Positions 1-14,325 of a stretch of 64,000 nucleotides of DNA are shown in pieces. The DNA is from Mobula hypostoma (lineage: Eukaryota). Where the stretch lies: contig NC_086103.1 of NCBI RefSeq assembly GCF_963921235.1, forward strand, positions 122,822,001 through 122,886,000. The letters run 5' to 3'. How positions within the stretch are numbered: position 1 is the first letter of the stretch; the number at the start of each line of letters is the position of its first letter. The notes beneath the pieces were generated by a model, which had not been told where the DNA came from, did no database searches, and saw only the letters and a list, made by a program, of their open reading frames with translations. The position numbers were made by a program, and so were the translations under genes.

Positions 1-560
1 AGCAAGTTTAGTGAAGATTCCTCAGATGGCAGGACTGGCATATATGTACAGAGGTTTGATTAATTAGACTCAGTAAACTAACAGGATACAAGAACGAGAG
101 GGGAAACCCCTAATATTCTAACTGGACTGGAAGATTAGATGCAAGAAGGAAGTTTCTAATGGCAGTAAGGATTAGGGATAAATCAGTTACGAGTAAAAAA
201 TAAATGTACTTTTATGAATCTGTGGCATCACTACCACTGAAATGCAGTTGAAGCCAAATCATTAAATGTATTCAATGAGTTATTTATTTTAGGGGTAGAG
301 AGTTCAACCGAAACTGATTATACTGAAAAGTGGAGCAGGCTCAAAGGACAAATGACCTATCCTTGCACCTACACTCTACATTTTCCCAACTGTTCATTAA
401 TCTTTAATGAAATCTCTCACACCGGGTGCTTATATTACATGATAGAGACACACGGATAAGTATATTTCCTGCCAGGTGCTAGGGTCAGGGACATCTTGGA
501 TTGCGTCCATTTAGTTCTAAAGGAGGAGGGTAAACAGTCTTGGTACATATTGGTATTGTG
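1..560 (+). mobile_element. Degenerate CR1 LINE fragments (3' end, then ORF1 esterase fragment)
   Basis: CR1-like 3' phrases; CCTGCCAGGTGCTAGGGTCAGGGAC resembles the CR1 ORF1 at about 61310. Confidence 0.5.
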
Positions 561-1189
561 TGCCACTCTGGGGAGGGAGAATATTATTATTATAATTGAG
601 GGGTTCCTCTCCAGTAGGATAAGTACACTAACTGTAATTCTTCCCCACCGAGCCTTTGAGGTGACTGTTCCAAGCCTCTGTGTGTCCCCTTAGCTAGCAG
701 AATCTTTCAGTGAGTTGATAATTTGCCAATAGCACTTGATGTTTGTGTCCATGAGAACAGCTGTAGACCAGAGTCCCCTGTCATGCAGCTGCTCAGGATG
801 AACCGTGACACAGGCTCTTTCACCTTTCTCAACACCCTTTTTGCAAACCCACAGTCCGCAAAGAGGTGAGCTGCAGCCTCTTCCTCACTAGTCATCCCGC
901 AGGCAGCATACTGTAGGAGTGGTGCTTCGCGCATGCAGGAAGGATCTGTCTCGGAGACCCATCTCACTGCCAGCCAGGCAAGATCTTTGTTAATGAGACA
1001 TTCTACCAGATGGTCTGGTCAGCCTGCTCAAGAAACCACTCCACTGTATCTATCGAGTACTTCTCTTGCAGTGTCTGCAGGATGTTCCATGCTGACCATT
1101 GCCTGATGGACTTGTGATCAAAGGTGTTGGTCCAGAAAAACTTTTCCACAATACACAGGTAGTGCAGAACATTTCACCAGTTATGCCAA

Positions 1190-2488
1190 GATAACTTCTT
1201 CACAATGAAGTGCGATGGCTGTCAAAAGGCTTCTCCTTAAAAATTTCTTCAATGTTTTTGACATTGGTTGAATATTTGCTCAATGTCGACAAGAGCATGG
1301 GAAAGACTGAACTTCTATGTGGAGATATGGCATACCTAGCTGATCTATATGAAAAAATGCACATTCTAAATATGAAACTGCACGGTGAGGATTTCAATTT
1401 AATCCAGGGAAAAAGTGAGTTGTCCACTTTTATTGGAAATATATAAGCAAAACATTGGGAGAAGAATGTTTTCAGTTTCCCTGCATGGAAAGTATAGTAC
1501 TCTCTTTCAGAGATGGTAATTTGCAAGAGTACTGCTTACACCTACAGACACTGAAGGATTTTAGAATCAATTCAAGGATTTGAACGATCTGGAAATTCTG
1601 GACTGGATAATAAACCCCTTGCTTCACAAGGTGGAACAACAGGAAGAGAGCTTACAAGAAAATAAACACTAAAATTCAAAATGAAGCTGCAAAAATGCTT
1701 TTCAAAAATGTTAGCCTTTGGGGTATGTGGCTACACTGTCATACAAAATTTCCTGGTATTTGGAGAAGAGTCAAACTGCTCTTCATTGCATTTCCATCCT
1801 CCTGCCTAGTTGAAAGAGGCTTCAAGTGCAGTGAACCACATACTCACAAAAAACAAAAACTGCTTGGATATTGTTATGTGTGGGGTCTTAAGGCTTTTGC
1901 TGTCACAACTTCAACTCTTGCTAAAACCATCAAGCTCAAGGATCACATTGATATCAAAGCTGCTGTATAATGTACAGGTACTGTTAAAGCTAGGTTTAAA
2001 GATAAATAAAAATTTGTTGTTTTTTTGGTGTGTGCCTGCCTGTGTCCGTGATGATATCTTTTTCATGGCTTTTTAGAAGGCACGGAGTGAGAGAGAGAGA
2101 CTGCGTGGCGAGCCACTCCTCACACAGGCATTTTCGCAGTATTTTTCCCTTTACGAGGTCGAGTTGCGATCTCGACACTCAACCCGGCACGGATGGAAAG
2201 CGTACTCGGGGGCAGACCCGACTAGTTTCCAACCTGGGAACTTCTGCTCCCGGGTCCAGCGCTGATGTTTTTGCTCCACCAGCCAGCCCAGGACAAATAA
2301 AAACTTAAAGGAGAATCTTTTTTCTCATGAAAGCATATGGTAGACATACTTTTACATTGTGGGGGTGCTGAAAAGTATATTGTACCTAAGAGAGGCATTG
2401 GCAAGTATGAAGGTGCTTAAGGGGCCATTGGCAAGTATGAAAGTGCTTTTAGGGGGGGTGTTGGGCTAAAAAAGCTTGGGAAACACTG
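1190..2488 (+). mobile_element. hAT (Charlie/Buster-like) transposon remnant, 3' half
   Basis: EVRWLSKG and FPSSCLVERGF motifs with stops and frameshifts; terminus TTGGGAAACACTG. Confidence 0.8.
2028..2289 (-). mobile_element. tRNA-derived SINE inserted in the hAT
   Basis: Minus-strand head GGCTGGTGGAGCAA...GGTTGGAAAC (A/B-box-like), CpG-rich. Confidence 0.65.
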
Positions 2489-4104
2489 GTCTAGAAGAAT
2501 TTTTCCACAAAGGACAGGTAATGCGGCATCAACCATCTGATGAGATGTGGTGTGGCTCCCTACCCAGACCCATCCTTCTCAACACAGGGGACAATAGAAA
2601 CTCTGCACGTTGTAGTACTTGGTGCCCACGTATCTAGGTTCCATGCACAGCCTGATGAAGCCACACATGAAGGTGGTCATCAGAGTGAGGGCAATATTGG
2701 GTATGTTTTTGCCCCTTTTGTCCAAGGACTTCTGCATTGTGACTCATCTGACCAGCTCTATCTTAGATCCCCAGATGAATCTGAAGACAGCTCAGGTGAT
2801 TGCCAAGCTGGAGGAGTCAGGGAAGGGCCACACCTGCACCAAGTACAGCAATTCTAATAGCACCTCACATCTGATGACTAGGCTCTTCCCGGTTGATAGG
2901 GGCGCCCTCCCTACAGTCCCAGTTTCTATTTTACCTGCGCAGCTTGCTCCAGCTAATTCTTGTTGCACACCTAGGCCCCATCAGAGATAGATAGAATCTC
3001 GGCACATACTGGTACTTAGTGTCCACATATTTAGGTTCCAATGCACAACCTGATGCAGCCACATACAAAGGTGGCATTAGTATGTTATGTGCCCACTGTC
3101 CCACTACATGGGATTCCAGAATGCTAAAGAGATCTACTCATTCTAACTGGCTCACGTTATTATTAAAAGTGATAGACAGAGAGGAGTCTTTCTGCTGGGC
3201 GTCTACATGGAAAGCAATGATCTCCATTCATTGGGCTGCTTCCCAGATCTGTTCCGAGAGTGGCTGCTAACACAGGGGCTTTCCCTGTATCAGTTACCCT
3301 ATCATCCACACAGCTTTCCCAAATGCCACTGCCCAAGAGATTGTATACTGTATGTGCAGCTTATCGATTTCGTGCAGCGGAGGCAACTCATGCCACCATT
3401 TCAGCTAGCTGGCTGAAACCACTCTCTCCCTGCTGCTGCAGAACTGTTTCTGTGACTGGGTTTAGGGCATCTGCTCTCCACCCCTGGATTCCAGCTTATT
3501 AGTGACTGGAGCTGCCCGATTCCTTTAATGGCTACACAGAACTGTTACACTCTTGAGGTTACATGCCCAATCACACCTTGTTTTAGCAAACCCTTGATGG
3601 TAATCTGAAACATCTTAATCTCCTCCTGCTATTCTGTACTGCTTCACACAAACCACAGCACTAGGTGGTGGTATTTCATGAGGTTACCACTTCACAAATC
3701 CCACTAAGATGCCAAATGTGAACTTTCCCAATTTAGTCTGCACTGATTGTCCCTGCAGCACATTTATTCCAATTATGTCTTCAGGTAACGTAGATATCAG
3801 TACTCAGGCTTCCATCAGTGATCCGTCCCCAAATATATATCTTATTATGATTCCAAACTGAGAGGAAAAAATGGTTAAGGTCACAACTGCAGTAAATAGG
3901 GAGGAACAATTGAGGCTACTGTGAAAAATAGAGGAAGAAGTCCACCATTGAAGATTTAAAAAATATTTCAATAACGATTGTATATAAAGTGGCATTATCT
4001 GAATAGATTCAACAGAAAAACTCAAAAAAAAAAGTACAGGAAGGAGGAAGAACCAGGCACCTTACATAAGATGTTGGTTGACAATCAAAACTCACATGAA
4101 AATA

Positions 4105-4397
4105 AACAAGAGAAAATCTGCAGATGCTGGAAATTCAAGCAACACACACAAAATGCTGGAGGAATTCAGCAGGCCAGGCAGTATCTATGGAAAAAAAGCA
4201 GAGTCGACATTTCCAGCTGAAACCCTTTGGCAGAACTTGCAGTACCTATAGAAAAAAGTACAGTTGAACAGTTGTCAACTGTACTTTTTTCTAAAGGTGC
4301 TGCAAGTCCTACTGAAGGGTTTCAGCCCGAAACGTCGAATGTACTTTCTTCCATAGATTCTGCCTGGCCTGCTGAGTTCCTCCAGCATTTTGTGTGT
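4105..4397. repeat. Palindromic Penelope-derived element (two inverted arms)
   Basis: CTGCAGATGCTGG...CAGCAGGCCAGGCAG arm and its reverse complement; decayed hammerhead core. Confidence 0.75.
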
Positions 4398-4889
4398 CAC
4401 ATGGAAATAAAGTTGTGAAGGAATGATTATGGTTATATAATTGAAAGTTAATAGAAATTTAGAGCCATTGATTTTTTTCACTTCTCTTTTCATTGATTAA
4501 CACTGATGACACATGGAAACTAAGAGATAAAATTTTAGATTATTATATACATAAGAGGTAGCTCCTAAATTTTAAGAACGAGTTATTTTTTGAAATGATC
4601 TTCCAAAATATTAAGGGAACTGATCAAAGGAGAAAATTATTATTTTGGCTGCTCGAGCTGTCTAAAATGAGGGGTCATCATCTAAATAATAAAGCTAGTC
4701 CTTTTCAGATGAACTTTTGATTGAGGAACAATGCCAGATATTATGGGCGGTAGAAATCTGGCACACACTTCAACAAACTAGTTGGTGTCAACAACCGTTT
4801 GCCTTAGTGTGTGCCAGATTTCAAACTGGAGGCAAATATTTACAAAGGTATACATTAATTAGCTGAAAAATATACCTAATGGTAAAAAG

Positions 4890-5257
4890 CAATGGGGATG
4901 TGGTTTTTGAGGAGGATGCAAAGAATATCATGGACGAAATGAGCATCTAACGAGGATGTCATGAACAGAGCAAGCACAAAAAGAGAAGTAATGTATGAGA
5001 TCATGAAAAGGCAACGTAACTTCATTGGACATGTGATTAGGAAAGAGGAGTTAGGATGCACGGTAATTATGGGAAAGATCGAAGGGAACAAAGCAAGTGG
5101 AAGGCAAAGATAAATGATGATGGAGACAGCAGCCAGAGAACTGGCAATGAATACCAATGAATTGATCCACTTGACCCGAAACAGGAGTATGTGGGACATG
5201 GTAGTCAAAGCTCAAACTTGGCATGGCACCTGATGATGATGATGATGATGATGATGA
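4890..5257 (+). mobile_element. RTE-clade LINE 3' end with (TGA)n tail
   Basis: MWFLRRMQRISWT-type coding remnant ending in a GAT microsatellite. Confidence 0.7.
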
Positions 5258-6938
5258 GTGGTTAAAAAATATTTTCCCCCCCCAATACAGCCCGTCAGTA
5301 AAAGATGAACTCAATAAAAAAAACGTAATCTTAAAAGCAATGCTTTAAGCAAATTGAATAATTAACTGTGCTTCCAAATAAATTCTTAGTTATAAGCTAT
5401 TTTCCAGCATCACTTACTATTTTTGATGAAAATTATGAAGATCTTGAGAAGGATCGCCATTTGTCATTCTCTTCCAGTTTCAGAAATGACCTTCTGAAAT
5501 GAAGATCCTTTTGCACAAAAAGCCTCCATTTCAACAGACTAGTTAGAATAGCTAACTAATCTTGTATCCCAGTGATATTTGGAATAATTTTCAATTCATG
5601 CAACCCTGATCCTCCATCCAGTTGTCAATTTGTACTTGAAGAATTTGCAAAAGAAGCTTTCTTGTTGCCCCACTAACAGCTGTATTGGAAGCTTTTCGAC
5701 TTATATAGATGATTAGTCTCAAGGCAAAAATTTAGTTACCTTAGGGCAAATACTATATTAAGTACCAATCAGTCAACACTACATTAAGTACCATCCACCC
5801 ATTTTAAGGACTATATATGTTGTTCATTTCTCATTGGGTTGCATTACAGTGTTCATTACATTGATAAGTTTCCATTGCCACAAATCTTTATGAATTCTAC
5901 TAAACCAATTCTGTGGTTAGCTTTACCGTCAAATTTCTGCCTTTTCTCCAACAACCTGCCCCTTTCCCATCCACAAGTCTCTTCACAATGCTCTTCAGCA
6001 TTTCTTGCATGCACTTTGCTTTGAAGTGGACCTGGGTATGCAAGTACAGAGACAGAGAGATCATCTTCTACTTGTGTTACTCCATCTACTCCTATCAATG
6101 TAAGGAAAAGCATATTACTCCATATACAACCAACACTCTTCTACAAAACCATACTGAGCCATATTCAACTCATGACTTGCGACTGTCACAAAATACTATC
6201 CAGCAAGTTACAACCAAAATTTCACGTAAAAGTTTATCATAATGGAACTTCCTGTTTCAGAACTTTGAGGTTTGATTATGTTGAAATTTGAGATGTTTGG
6301 CCTTGATTCATGGTAACATATAAATGTTCCCTCAATGCACTTTAAGCACTGGAATATCTTCCAATCCAATTTTTCAGTTTTTCTTTACCTTGGTAACTAT
6401 AAGTTTAAAATACAGAGGAAAAAAGTGGTATTTCATGTAAATAACTGACTAGAATGGAGGTATCAGTATAGAGCATAAAATTTAAACTAATAAAGCAGTG
6501 TTCATTGAAACACAGCCACGTCTTCATAAGTTATATACACCATTGACTTTAGCAAAAAAATTAGAAAGTATTTTAGATACAATATTTTAAAAATTGCAGT
6601 TGCTTTAAGAACTATATTTGTATCCTTCTGAATTTCTTTCAGGATGACTAACAACCCATTCATGCCATTAATATATGTGATAAAGCTTCTAAGCATTTTC
6701 AGCTGCTGAATTCCAATTCAGAGTAAATTCATTAAATAGAAGTGGCAGTTCAAACACAATTTTAAAAGTTTCTTACTAATTATAATATACACATGACAGG
6801 TATTCCAAAATAAATTACAAACCAACTTGATTACTATGCAAATTTGTATTCAGAGTGACATTTTGTGAAAGATTTGTTAAAAAATGGTTTAAACAGATGA
6901 ACAGCATTGATAGTTACAATTCACTTCCGCAGCAGAGT

Positions 6939-6993
6939 TTATGATTTCCAAAAATTTGGGTTTTGGGACAATCTTCTTTGAAAATTCTCATAC
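6939..6993 (-). CDS. HIKESHI: HIKESHI last coding exon (WYENFQRRLSQNPNFWKS*)
   Basis: Manual translation; CAG acceptor; TAA at 6941-6939; exon sum 594 nt = 197 aa + stop. Confidence 0.96.
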
Positions 6994-7859
6994 CTGATAA
7001 ATGGGGAAAAAAGAAAACAGAGGGATTAATAACATAATTAAATAAGCAAAATAAGGAACAAAGATTACATCGGTTTTCTTGGTATATCTGCTGAGATTAA
7101 GTCAGTCATTTTTTGGCCTTTACAAATCACTCTTCCTGTAGTATCTTTCAAACACTGCAATAATTATCTGATGTGTTTTGGGAATAACAAAGGAAGAGAA
7201 GTATTTGCCAGGAATTCTTGTCTTTTCGTACAAAGCATACAATTAAAATCAATTAATCGCTGGGTGACAAAAAGAAATAAATACTTCACTGTCAATACAG
7301 AAATGAAACCTCAAATCAGCTGTTTATTTGCAATACCTGAACAGGTCCGAGTAAGTGCTCATTGCAATCCACATTTGTTTTTATATAACGGATAAAAGAA
7401 AGTGTTATAGAGATGGATTATGTGTAATTTTCTTCCTCCCCCAACACCACCACCCAAGAAATAAATCACTTGTAAAATAACAATCAAACCATCTACTTAG
7501 TAAAGTAGCTAGTACCAACAAAGAAATGTTACTCAGCAGGACATCTTAAATATAAGTCACAGCCAAAGTCAACATGAAAGCAATACAATAATTATCATAC
7601 ACCAATCAATTAATACAATCTTCCAATTTACCTCTGTTTAGGAACAACCTCATGGACACATTCCACTATCACTTAGGTTTCCAAAAAGATCCTTAAGTTA
7701 TTGGGAATAACTGCTGATCAAATCCATTCATGTTAAGTTTGTGAATGGAAGATTTACCCAGGGCCATGAGCAGAATCACCAAGCAGTCTGATGTTCCCTA
7801 TGTTCTAGATGACTGAAAAATATGTGAATGGCACATGGAGGTTAAAATACAGATCATAA

Positions 7860-8420
7860 ACAGGAATATCAGACACATTTACAGTATTGAACCAGCTACA
7901 ATATCAAGACATTACTGAGCTTCCACTGGAGAAAGCTCAACTTCCAAGTATTGAAGCCACTTTGCTGCTCAAGCAGCTTCGCTGGTCATGCCACGTCTTG
8001 CATGGACAACTCCAGCTTACCGCAAGCAATACTCTACGGAGAACTCTCTCAGGGCAAGAGATCGTGGTGCCCCACGCAAGAGGTACAAAGACCAACTTCA
8101 GCAGCAGCACTCTCAGGCAAACATTGAGGTCAATGAGTGGCAGCACAGCAGCTGGCTTATGACAGAGATCGCTGGAGAATGCTGATCCATGGGGCAGCCA
8201 AGTACTTTGAGGAATCCAGAACGACTGCTGAAGAGAAGAGGAGATGCAGGAAGGATCCTACTACCCAAGTGCCAGCACCCCATCTGTTCACATGTCCCTA
8301 GTGCTCCAGAGTCTGCAAATCCAGAAGTGGCCTCTACAGTCACCATGATCGTGCCGTTGCTCCTGAGGACTCTTCTTCCCTCCTGATCTTCACAAGCAAA
8401 GAACCAGCCATCATCACTGA
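7860..8420 (+). mobile_element. RTE/BovB-like LINE 3' remnant in HIKESHI intron 4
   Basis: LPSIEATLLLKQLRW and RGAPRKRYKD motifs in the ORF track. Confidence 0.65.
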
Positions 8421-9089
8421 GCTCCAAAAGGCTGCTAAATATTTAGTGAACAAAGTTGCAGAAATCTCTCTAGCTCAAAGCCCCACAAGGAGAATCTTCA
8501 AATACAGTGTGAATAATAAAGCTGCCACTAACTGAAGTAACAAAAAGATTTGTTGAACCTAGTTAAGCTTGATATCTTCAATAAGTTACTGTTACTGGAC
8601 ACTTATTCCACAAGTCTTCCAATCACCATCAGAAGAGATTTAAAGTTAAAAAGACCGGTTCACAAGTCAAATTATTTTTGTTAATATATGCTTCTTAACA
8701 TTTTGTCTGTAGTCTTGAGGTGAACCGTGATCATTTAGAATTGAAACAACTCCGGAGGCTGTGAAGCTGTGAAAATCTCTACTCAGGCGGCTGTGACTGC
8801 TTAGAACATGCGTGTATTCAAGGCTGAGGTTAATAAATTCCTGATCACCAAGGGAATGAAGCGCCATGATAAATAATGTAAAACTTGAGAAAGATAAACT
8901 TATTGAATAGAGCTTTATTTTGAGGGGTGCACGCATGCCCACTCCTGCTTTTATATCTTATCATGGTACAGAACTTTAAAATATTTTAAAATGAAATATT
9001 TGATTCTATTGATGTACACTGGATCAAGAGATGGAAAAATCTTTTCAAAGATAGCAATTTGATCAAAATGCCGTAGAATGTAACAATTC

Positions 9090-10200
9090 AACATAGAACA
9101 TTACAGCACAGTATAAGGCCTTTCAGCACATAATGTTGTGCCAACCTTTCACCTATTCTAAGATCAATCTAATCTTTCCTTCCCATATTTTTATCATGTA
9201 TGTGACCATCTAAGAGTCTCTTTAATGTTCCTAACATATATGCCTCTATCACCACCCTTGGCAACATGTTTCGTGCACCCACCACTCTGTGGGGGGGAAA
9301 AAAACTTACCTGTGACATTCCCCCGATACTTTCCTCCAATTACATTAAAATTATGCCCACTCATATTAAACTTTCCCACCCTGGAAAAAGAAGTTTCTGC
9401 CTTCTACCATCTTGTACACCTCTATCAAGTCACCTCTTGTCCTTCACTCCAAAGAGAAATGCCTGAGCTCACTCAACCCATTCTCATAAGACATGCACAA
9501 GGCAGTATCCTGTTACATCTCCTCTGCACCCTCTCTAAAGCTTCCACATCCTTCACGAGGTGAACAGAACTGAACACATTATTCCATATGTGGGCTAACC
9601 AGGGTTTTATAGTTGCAACGTTATCTCATGGCTTGAACTCAATCTCCTGACTAATAAGACCATAATACAAAGGACCAGAATTAGACCATTTGGCCCTTTG
9701 AGTCTGCTCTGTTATTCAATTATGGCTAATTTCTTTTCCCTCTCCCCTCTCAACCTCATTTTCCTGTCTCCTCCCTGTAACCTTTGATATCAAGAACCTA
9801 ATTAAGAACTTATCAACATCAACTTAAAATATACCCAATGACTTGACCTCCACATCCATCTGTGGCAATGAACTATACAGATTCACTAACTAAAGAAATT
9901 CCTCCTATTCTCTGTTCTGAAGGGGTGTCCTTGTAGACTGAAGCTGTGCCCCTGTCCTAGATGCTCCCAGTATTGGAAACATCCTCTTCACATTCACTCT
10001 TTCTAAGCCTTTCATTATTCTATAGGTTTGAATGGGGTTCCCCTGCATTCTTCTAAACTCCAGTGAGTACAGGTCCAGAGCCATCAAACGCTCCTCATAT
10101 ATTAACCCTTTGATTCCCAGGATTATTCTCGTGAACCTCTTCTGTACACTCTCAAATGCCATCACATCCATTCTTAGAATAGGGCTCCAATGACAATTCT
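9090..10200 (-). mobile_element. Two CR1 LINE 3' ends
   Basis: ORF 9905..10171 ESVQKRFTR...LYSLEFRRM is the CR1 ORF2 C-terminus. Confidence 0.8.
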
Positions 10201-10204
10201 ACCC

Positions 10205-10790
10205 TTTTTATGGTGGTAGAGTGAATGTCTGGGAAATGGAGATGTGGGTTATCAATGGTGGGGGGGGGGCAGCATCACTGGCAGAGGAAGGGAAAAATTG
10301 GTCTTTAAAGAAGGCGGACATCTCACATGTTTTGGAATACAAAGCCTCATTCTGAAAATAGATGCAGCAGAGACAGAAGAACTGAGAAAAAGGAATAGCA
10401 TTTTTATGTGATAGAGAAGAGTTACAGTCAAGAGAGCTGTGGAAGTTAGATTTATAAAAGCTATCAGTAGACAATCTGTATCCAGATATGGATACAAATT
10501 GAAAAAGGGGAGAGAAGTGTCAGAGATGACCAATTAAATTTTGAGGGCAGCACAGAAGTTGAAGGTACAGTTGATGAACATGCTGAGCTTAACATGGGTG
10601 CAGGAAGCAGCACCAATGCAGTCAATGGAGCACAGAAAGAGGTGGAGAGCATTACCAGTGTAGGCTTGGAAAATAGACAGTTTCACGTAGCCAAGAGAAA
10701 GGCAGGCATAACTGGGGCCCGTGCTTGTGCCCATGGCTACACCTTGAGTTTGGAGAAACTGGGAGGAGCTGAAAGAGAAATTGAAAGAGA
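10205..10790 (-). mobile_element. Penelope-like retroelement RT fragment
   Basis: MGTSTGPSYACLSLGYV (Penelope GVAMGT.MGPSYACLFVGY-type motif) and STDSFYK. Confidence 0.75.
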
Positions 10791-10906
10791 ATCACTTCAC
10801 ACTTTACTTTTGCAAACTGAACTCCATCTGCCATTTCTCAACCCAGCTCTACATCCTATAATTGTCATTGAAAATGGTTAACAATAGACATGTATTGTAT
10901 ATTTAC

Positions 10907-11025
10907 CATTTCATGACAACACTTGCAGGGATAAACATCTCAGTAGGATTTGGAGTCATCCGATCTTGAGTCAGTGCAAAAGAGGATGAAAAATTATAGA
11001 AGTTGTCTAGCATCTTCTGCGTAAA
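10907..11025 (-). CDS. HIKESHI: HIKESHI exon 4 ([39 protein letters not shown])
   Basis: Manual translation; TTCAG acceptor, GTAAAT donor; 119 nt. Confidence 0.96.
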
Positions 11026-12239
11026 CTGAAAACATAAATTAAAGGACAGTTAAGACTCTGAAATTCAGTATTCAACACAAAATTCAAAAATGATTACAAT
11101 TAAAATACTGCTAGCAGTATTCAAGAGACATTTTCAAACTTGATTCTTGAATGAAAAGTGTGTATAATTTTAGGGAGGGAACAGACTACTGAATTCGAGT
11201 TACAAAATACTCAGAAGCATGAATGATACAGATTAGTAAAAAAAAATTGTGCTAACAGTTTACGATTCTTTCACAGATTAACTTACACATAAATTACATC
11301 AAGACAATCTTTTTTTAAAAAAAACCGTTAACCCAAAATGGAACTAAGTTCCCAAAATTACTCCATTCTAGATTTTGGACTAGGAGGGAAACAAGAACAT
11401 TAATGGCTCTTTTACCAAAAATAAATATTCATGAGCCATACACGCAAATTCAAAATTTTAAGGTCATTTTACACAATTACCCTGTTTCTTTGACTTCTGC
11501 AGGGCCAGGAAAGAAATCTAACAATTAAATCAGAGTTGACCAAAATGCTTAAGGGAAAGTCTATTGTTCCCAAGAAGAAATCTACAGTGATACAAGTTAT
11601 AACTGTAATCATAAATCTATCATAGATTAAATCAATACAATTATAAACAATTATCTTCCTCACCTCTCAAATTAAGTGTCAAAAGCATTTTTTGGAGTTC
11701 AAAGTACTTTTATACTGAAGAAACACCGAAGAAGATTTTACTGGTATAATAGTTATTGTTTGCTCCAACACAAAAGTAAAACCTCAGCCAAACAAAAAAG
11801 TTAAATCAATTTTGAGACTAAAATTTTGTTTAAAAAACAGGAAATAAAATATTATGCAATTTACTGCCCCAGCTGATATAAATGCAAGGCTGAATTTACC
11901 AAAGTAACTTAAAAAAGTGAACAAAGCGTGGCATTATCAACATGGTTGCTGCATTTGCCTTTTAAGATCAGCAGAAAAATTCAAGTTTTCTAGCATTTAA
12001 TAGGTTAATACTATTATTTTTGTTATTGTATTATTAATATTGTTTTTATTAATATGTCTGTGATTGGTTCCCTCTCACCTAGAATATGAGCAGTTGGAGG
12101 TATAGATATTTATTTTGCAGTGACTTCTCAAGTTTGAAGTGTTCTGATATATATTCAGCTCATTTTCTTCCTCTAAATCCACTCTTTTACTTACAGTACT
12201 TTTCTAAACTTCTCTGAACACTCTTGTTTCTGCACCTAC

Positions 12240-12391
12240 CTGTGTAAATGAATCAACTGTCGATACAGATGCACTTGCTTCTGGAGTCTGCTGCGTTAAC
12301 AGTTCCATGGGCTCCACAGAGATGCCAATTTGGGCAATTGACTGCGTCTGGGCAATATTCATTGTCCCAAAAGGGTGCTGGCTCCCTTCTT
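12240..12391 (-). CDS. HIKESHI: HIKESHI exon 3 ([27 protein letters not shown]...VDSFTQ)
   Basis: Within ORF 12204..12428; CAG acceptor, GTAGGT donor; 152 nt keeps frame. Confidence 0.95.
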
Positions 12392-13215
12392 CTGCATGGT
12401 GATATGCACAAATAAAACACTCTAGCATACAATATAAACTTTTCCAATGAAGTTATTAGTGCATTGTTAATTATACCACACATACAAAAATTGCACACTA
12501 GTAGAATTGTATTCAATAATTATTGTATTTAAAAATTATTTCTAAGCACGATATAGTTAGACTATAAATTGAATAAATTACACAGCAAAACCTTCAGGTA
12601 GAATCCATCATAGTACGATGTTTGACTACAATTTTATACCAAAGGTGAGTAATGCTGGAGGAATTAACATTAAGATCTGATACCACAATAAACCTGGTGT
12701 AGGATTAGAAACTCCAATGATTTCACTGGGGAATTTGAACTTGAAGGTTAAAAGGCAGAGGGGAAGCTTAGGGTTTTGCATGATTTTGCTTTAGCTCAAT
12801 GTTCCTAACTATTTTGTTAAAACTTTGAAATGATTTCCAATTATTTATTTTGATCTTAATAGTTTTTTTTTAATCTTACACATTATATGGAAAGGCTGAG
12901 CAAGCTAGGGATTTCCTCTTTAGACCTTTTTCCCAGGATGGCAATGGTTAACATAAGAGAACATACTTTTAAAGTGATTGGAGGCAAGTTGGGGGGGGGG
13001 GGGAATGTAAGAGTTTGTTTTTAAACACAGAGTGGCAAGTGCATGGAATGCACAGCCAGGGTGGTGGTAAACCCAAATAGATTAGGAACATTTCAAAGAT
13101 TCTAAGATAGGCATATAGTTGAAGGAAAAATAGAGGATTATGTGGTAGGAAAAAGTTAGATTGATCTTGGGGATGTTAAAGGATAGCCACAATATTGTCA
13201 GTCAATGAGCCAGTA

Positions 13216-13749
13216 CAGGTGTCCCCCGCTTTACAAATGGTCGCTTTACGCCACTTCACTTTTACTCAAAACATACATTAGTACCTGTTTTCGCTAACCA
13301 AACAAGGATTTTCGCTTTTACGAAAAGTGAAAATAGCGTTCAGCATTTGTTTTGCAGTGAGCCATTATAGAGAAAGACTACCATGACAGCGAAGCCTTGT
13401 GCAGGCAAGTGTGTGCGCATGCGTGTACGTGAAGATTTTTTTTTCTACAAATCGGTTTTTGGCTATATCTTCCCAATTCTGGAAAGTGAAACTACACTGT
13501 ACATACATTATTTCTACTTTATATAGGCTGTGTATTTATCATATCATTCCTGCTTTTACTATATGTTAGTGATATTTTAGGTTTTATGTGCTATTTGGTA
13601 TGATTTGGTAGGTTTTTTTTGGGTCTGGGAACGCTCAGAAATTTTTCCCATACAAATTCATGGTAATTGCTTCTTTGCTTTACGCCATTTCGGCTTAAGA
13701 AGGGTTTCATAGGAACGCTCTATTTTCGTAAAGGGGGGGGGAGAACCTG
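13216..13749. mobile_element. Tc1/mariner (pogo/Tigger-like) MITE inserted in a CR1 3' end
   Basis: TIR CAGGTGTCCCCCGCTTTAC / GTAAAGGGGGG..GAACCTG, TA on both sides. Confidence 0.8.
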
Positions 13750-14195
13750 TACTGAGATGTACTGTTCTACGTTATCTTAGAATACCAGAGATAGTCAATG
13801 GAAGCTTTGTCAAAGACGAGTCTACCCTAGATTTGCTTTCTGTCAAGGGCTTTCTGAAGCAGGATCTCCCACATTTCACTGCCCATGGTACAGTCATTGT
13901 TCAATCTCACAACTAGTCTCAAAGATGAAGGTCAGAAAGATAGATTAGGTCAGGTGAGTGGTGGCACCTTCAAACCATGGTGGAGATTCCTGGCAGCAGC
14001 CTAATTCAGTACACTAGTTTGTCGTTTTAGTAGTGATATTGTAATTTAAAAGTCAATGGCTGCTTTATCGCAAAACCAAACGACTCTGACTTGAAACTCC
14101 ACATTCTGAGGACTTGAACCATCATAGCAGTACAAAGAGTCAGTACAATTTTGCTAAGGCAGATGTTTTTTTGATAAACTATTACATTAAGGCAT

Positions 14196-14325
14196 GCAAC
14201 AGGAATTCTGCAGATGCTGGAACTTCAAGCAACACACATCAAAGTTGCTGGTGAACGCAGCAGGCCAGGCAGCATCTCTAGGAAGAGGTACAGTCGACGT
14301 TTCAGGCATGCCCGAGTCTTCAGGA
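14196..14325. repeat. Single arm of the Penelope-derived element (same young subfamily as 27270-27495)
   Basis: CAAAGTTGCTGGTGAACGCAGCAGGCCAGGCAGCATCT is shared with the copy at 27279. Confidence 0.75.

Larger units (their letters stand above)
590..3500 (-). mobile_element. Decayed Tx1/L1-clade LINE ORF2, interrupted by a hAT element and internally duplicated
   Basis: ORF 707..967 has a C..CG..E..AHLFADC zinc knuckle; 2623-2675 resembles 3021-3075, and 1128-1165 resembles 2488-2525. Confidence 0.55.

Noticed and set aside
5231-5257. (GAT)n microsatellite / poly-Ser ORF
   Set aside because: It is the tail of the RTE element.
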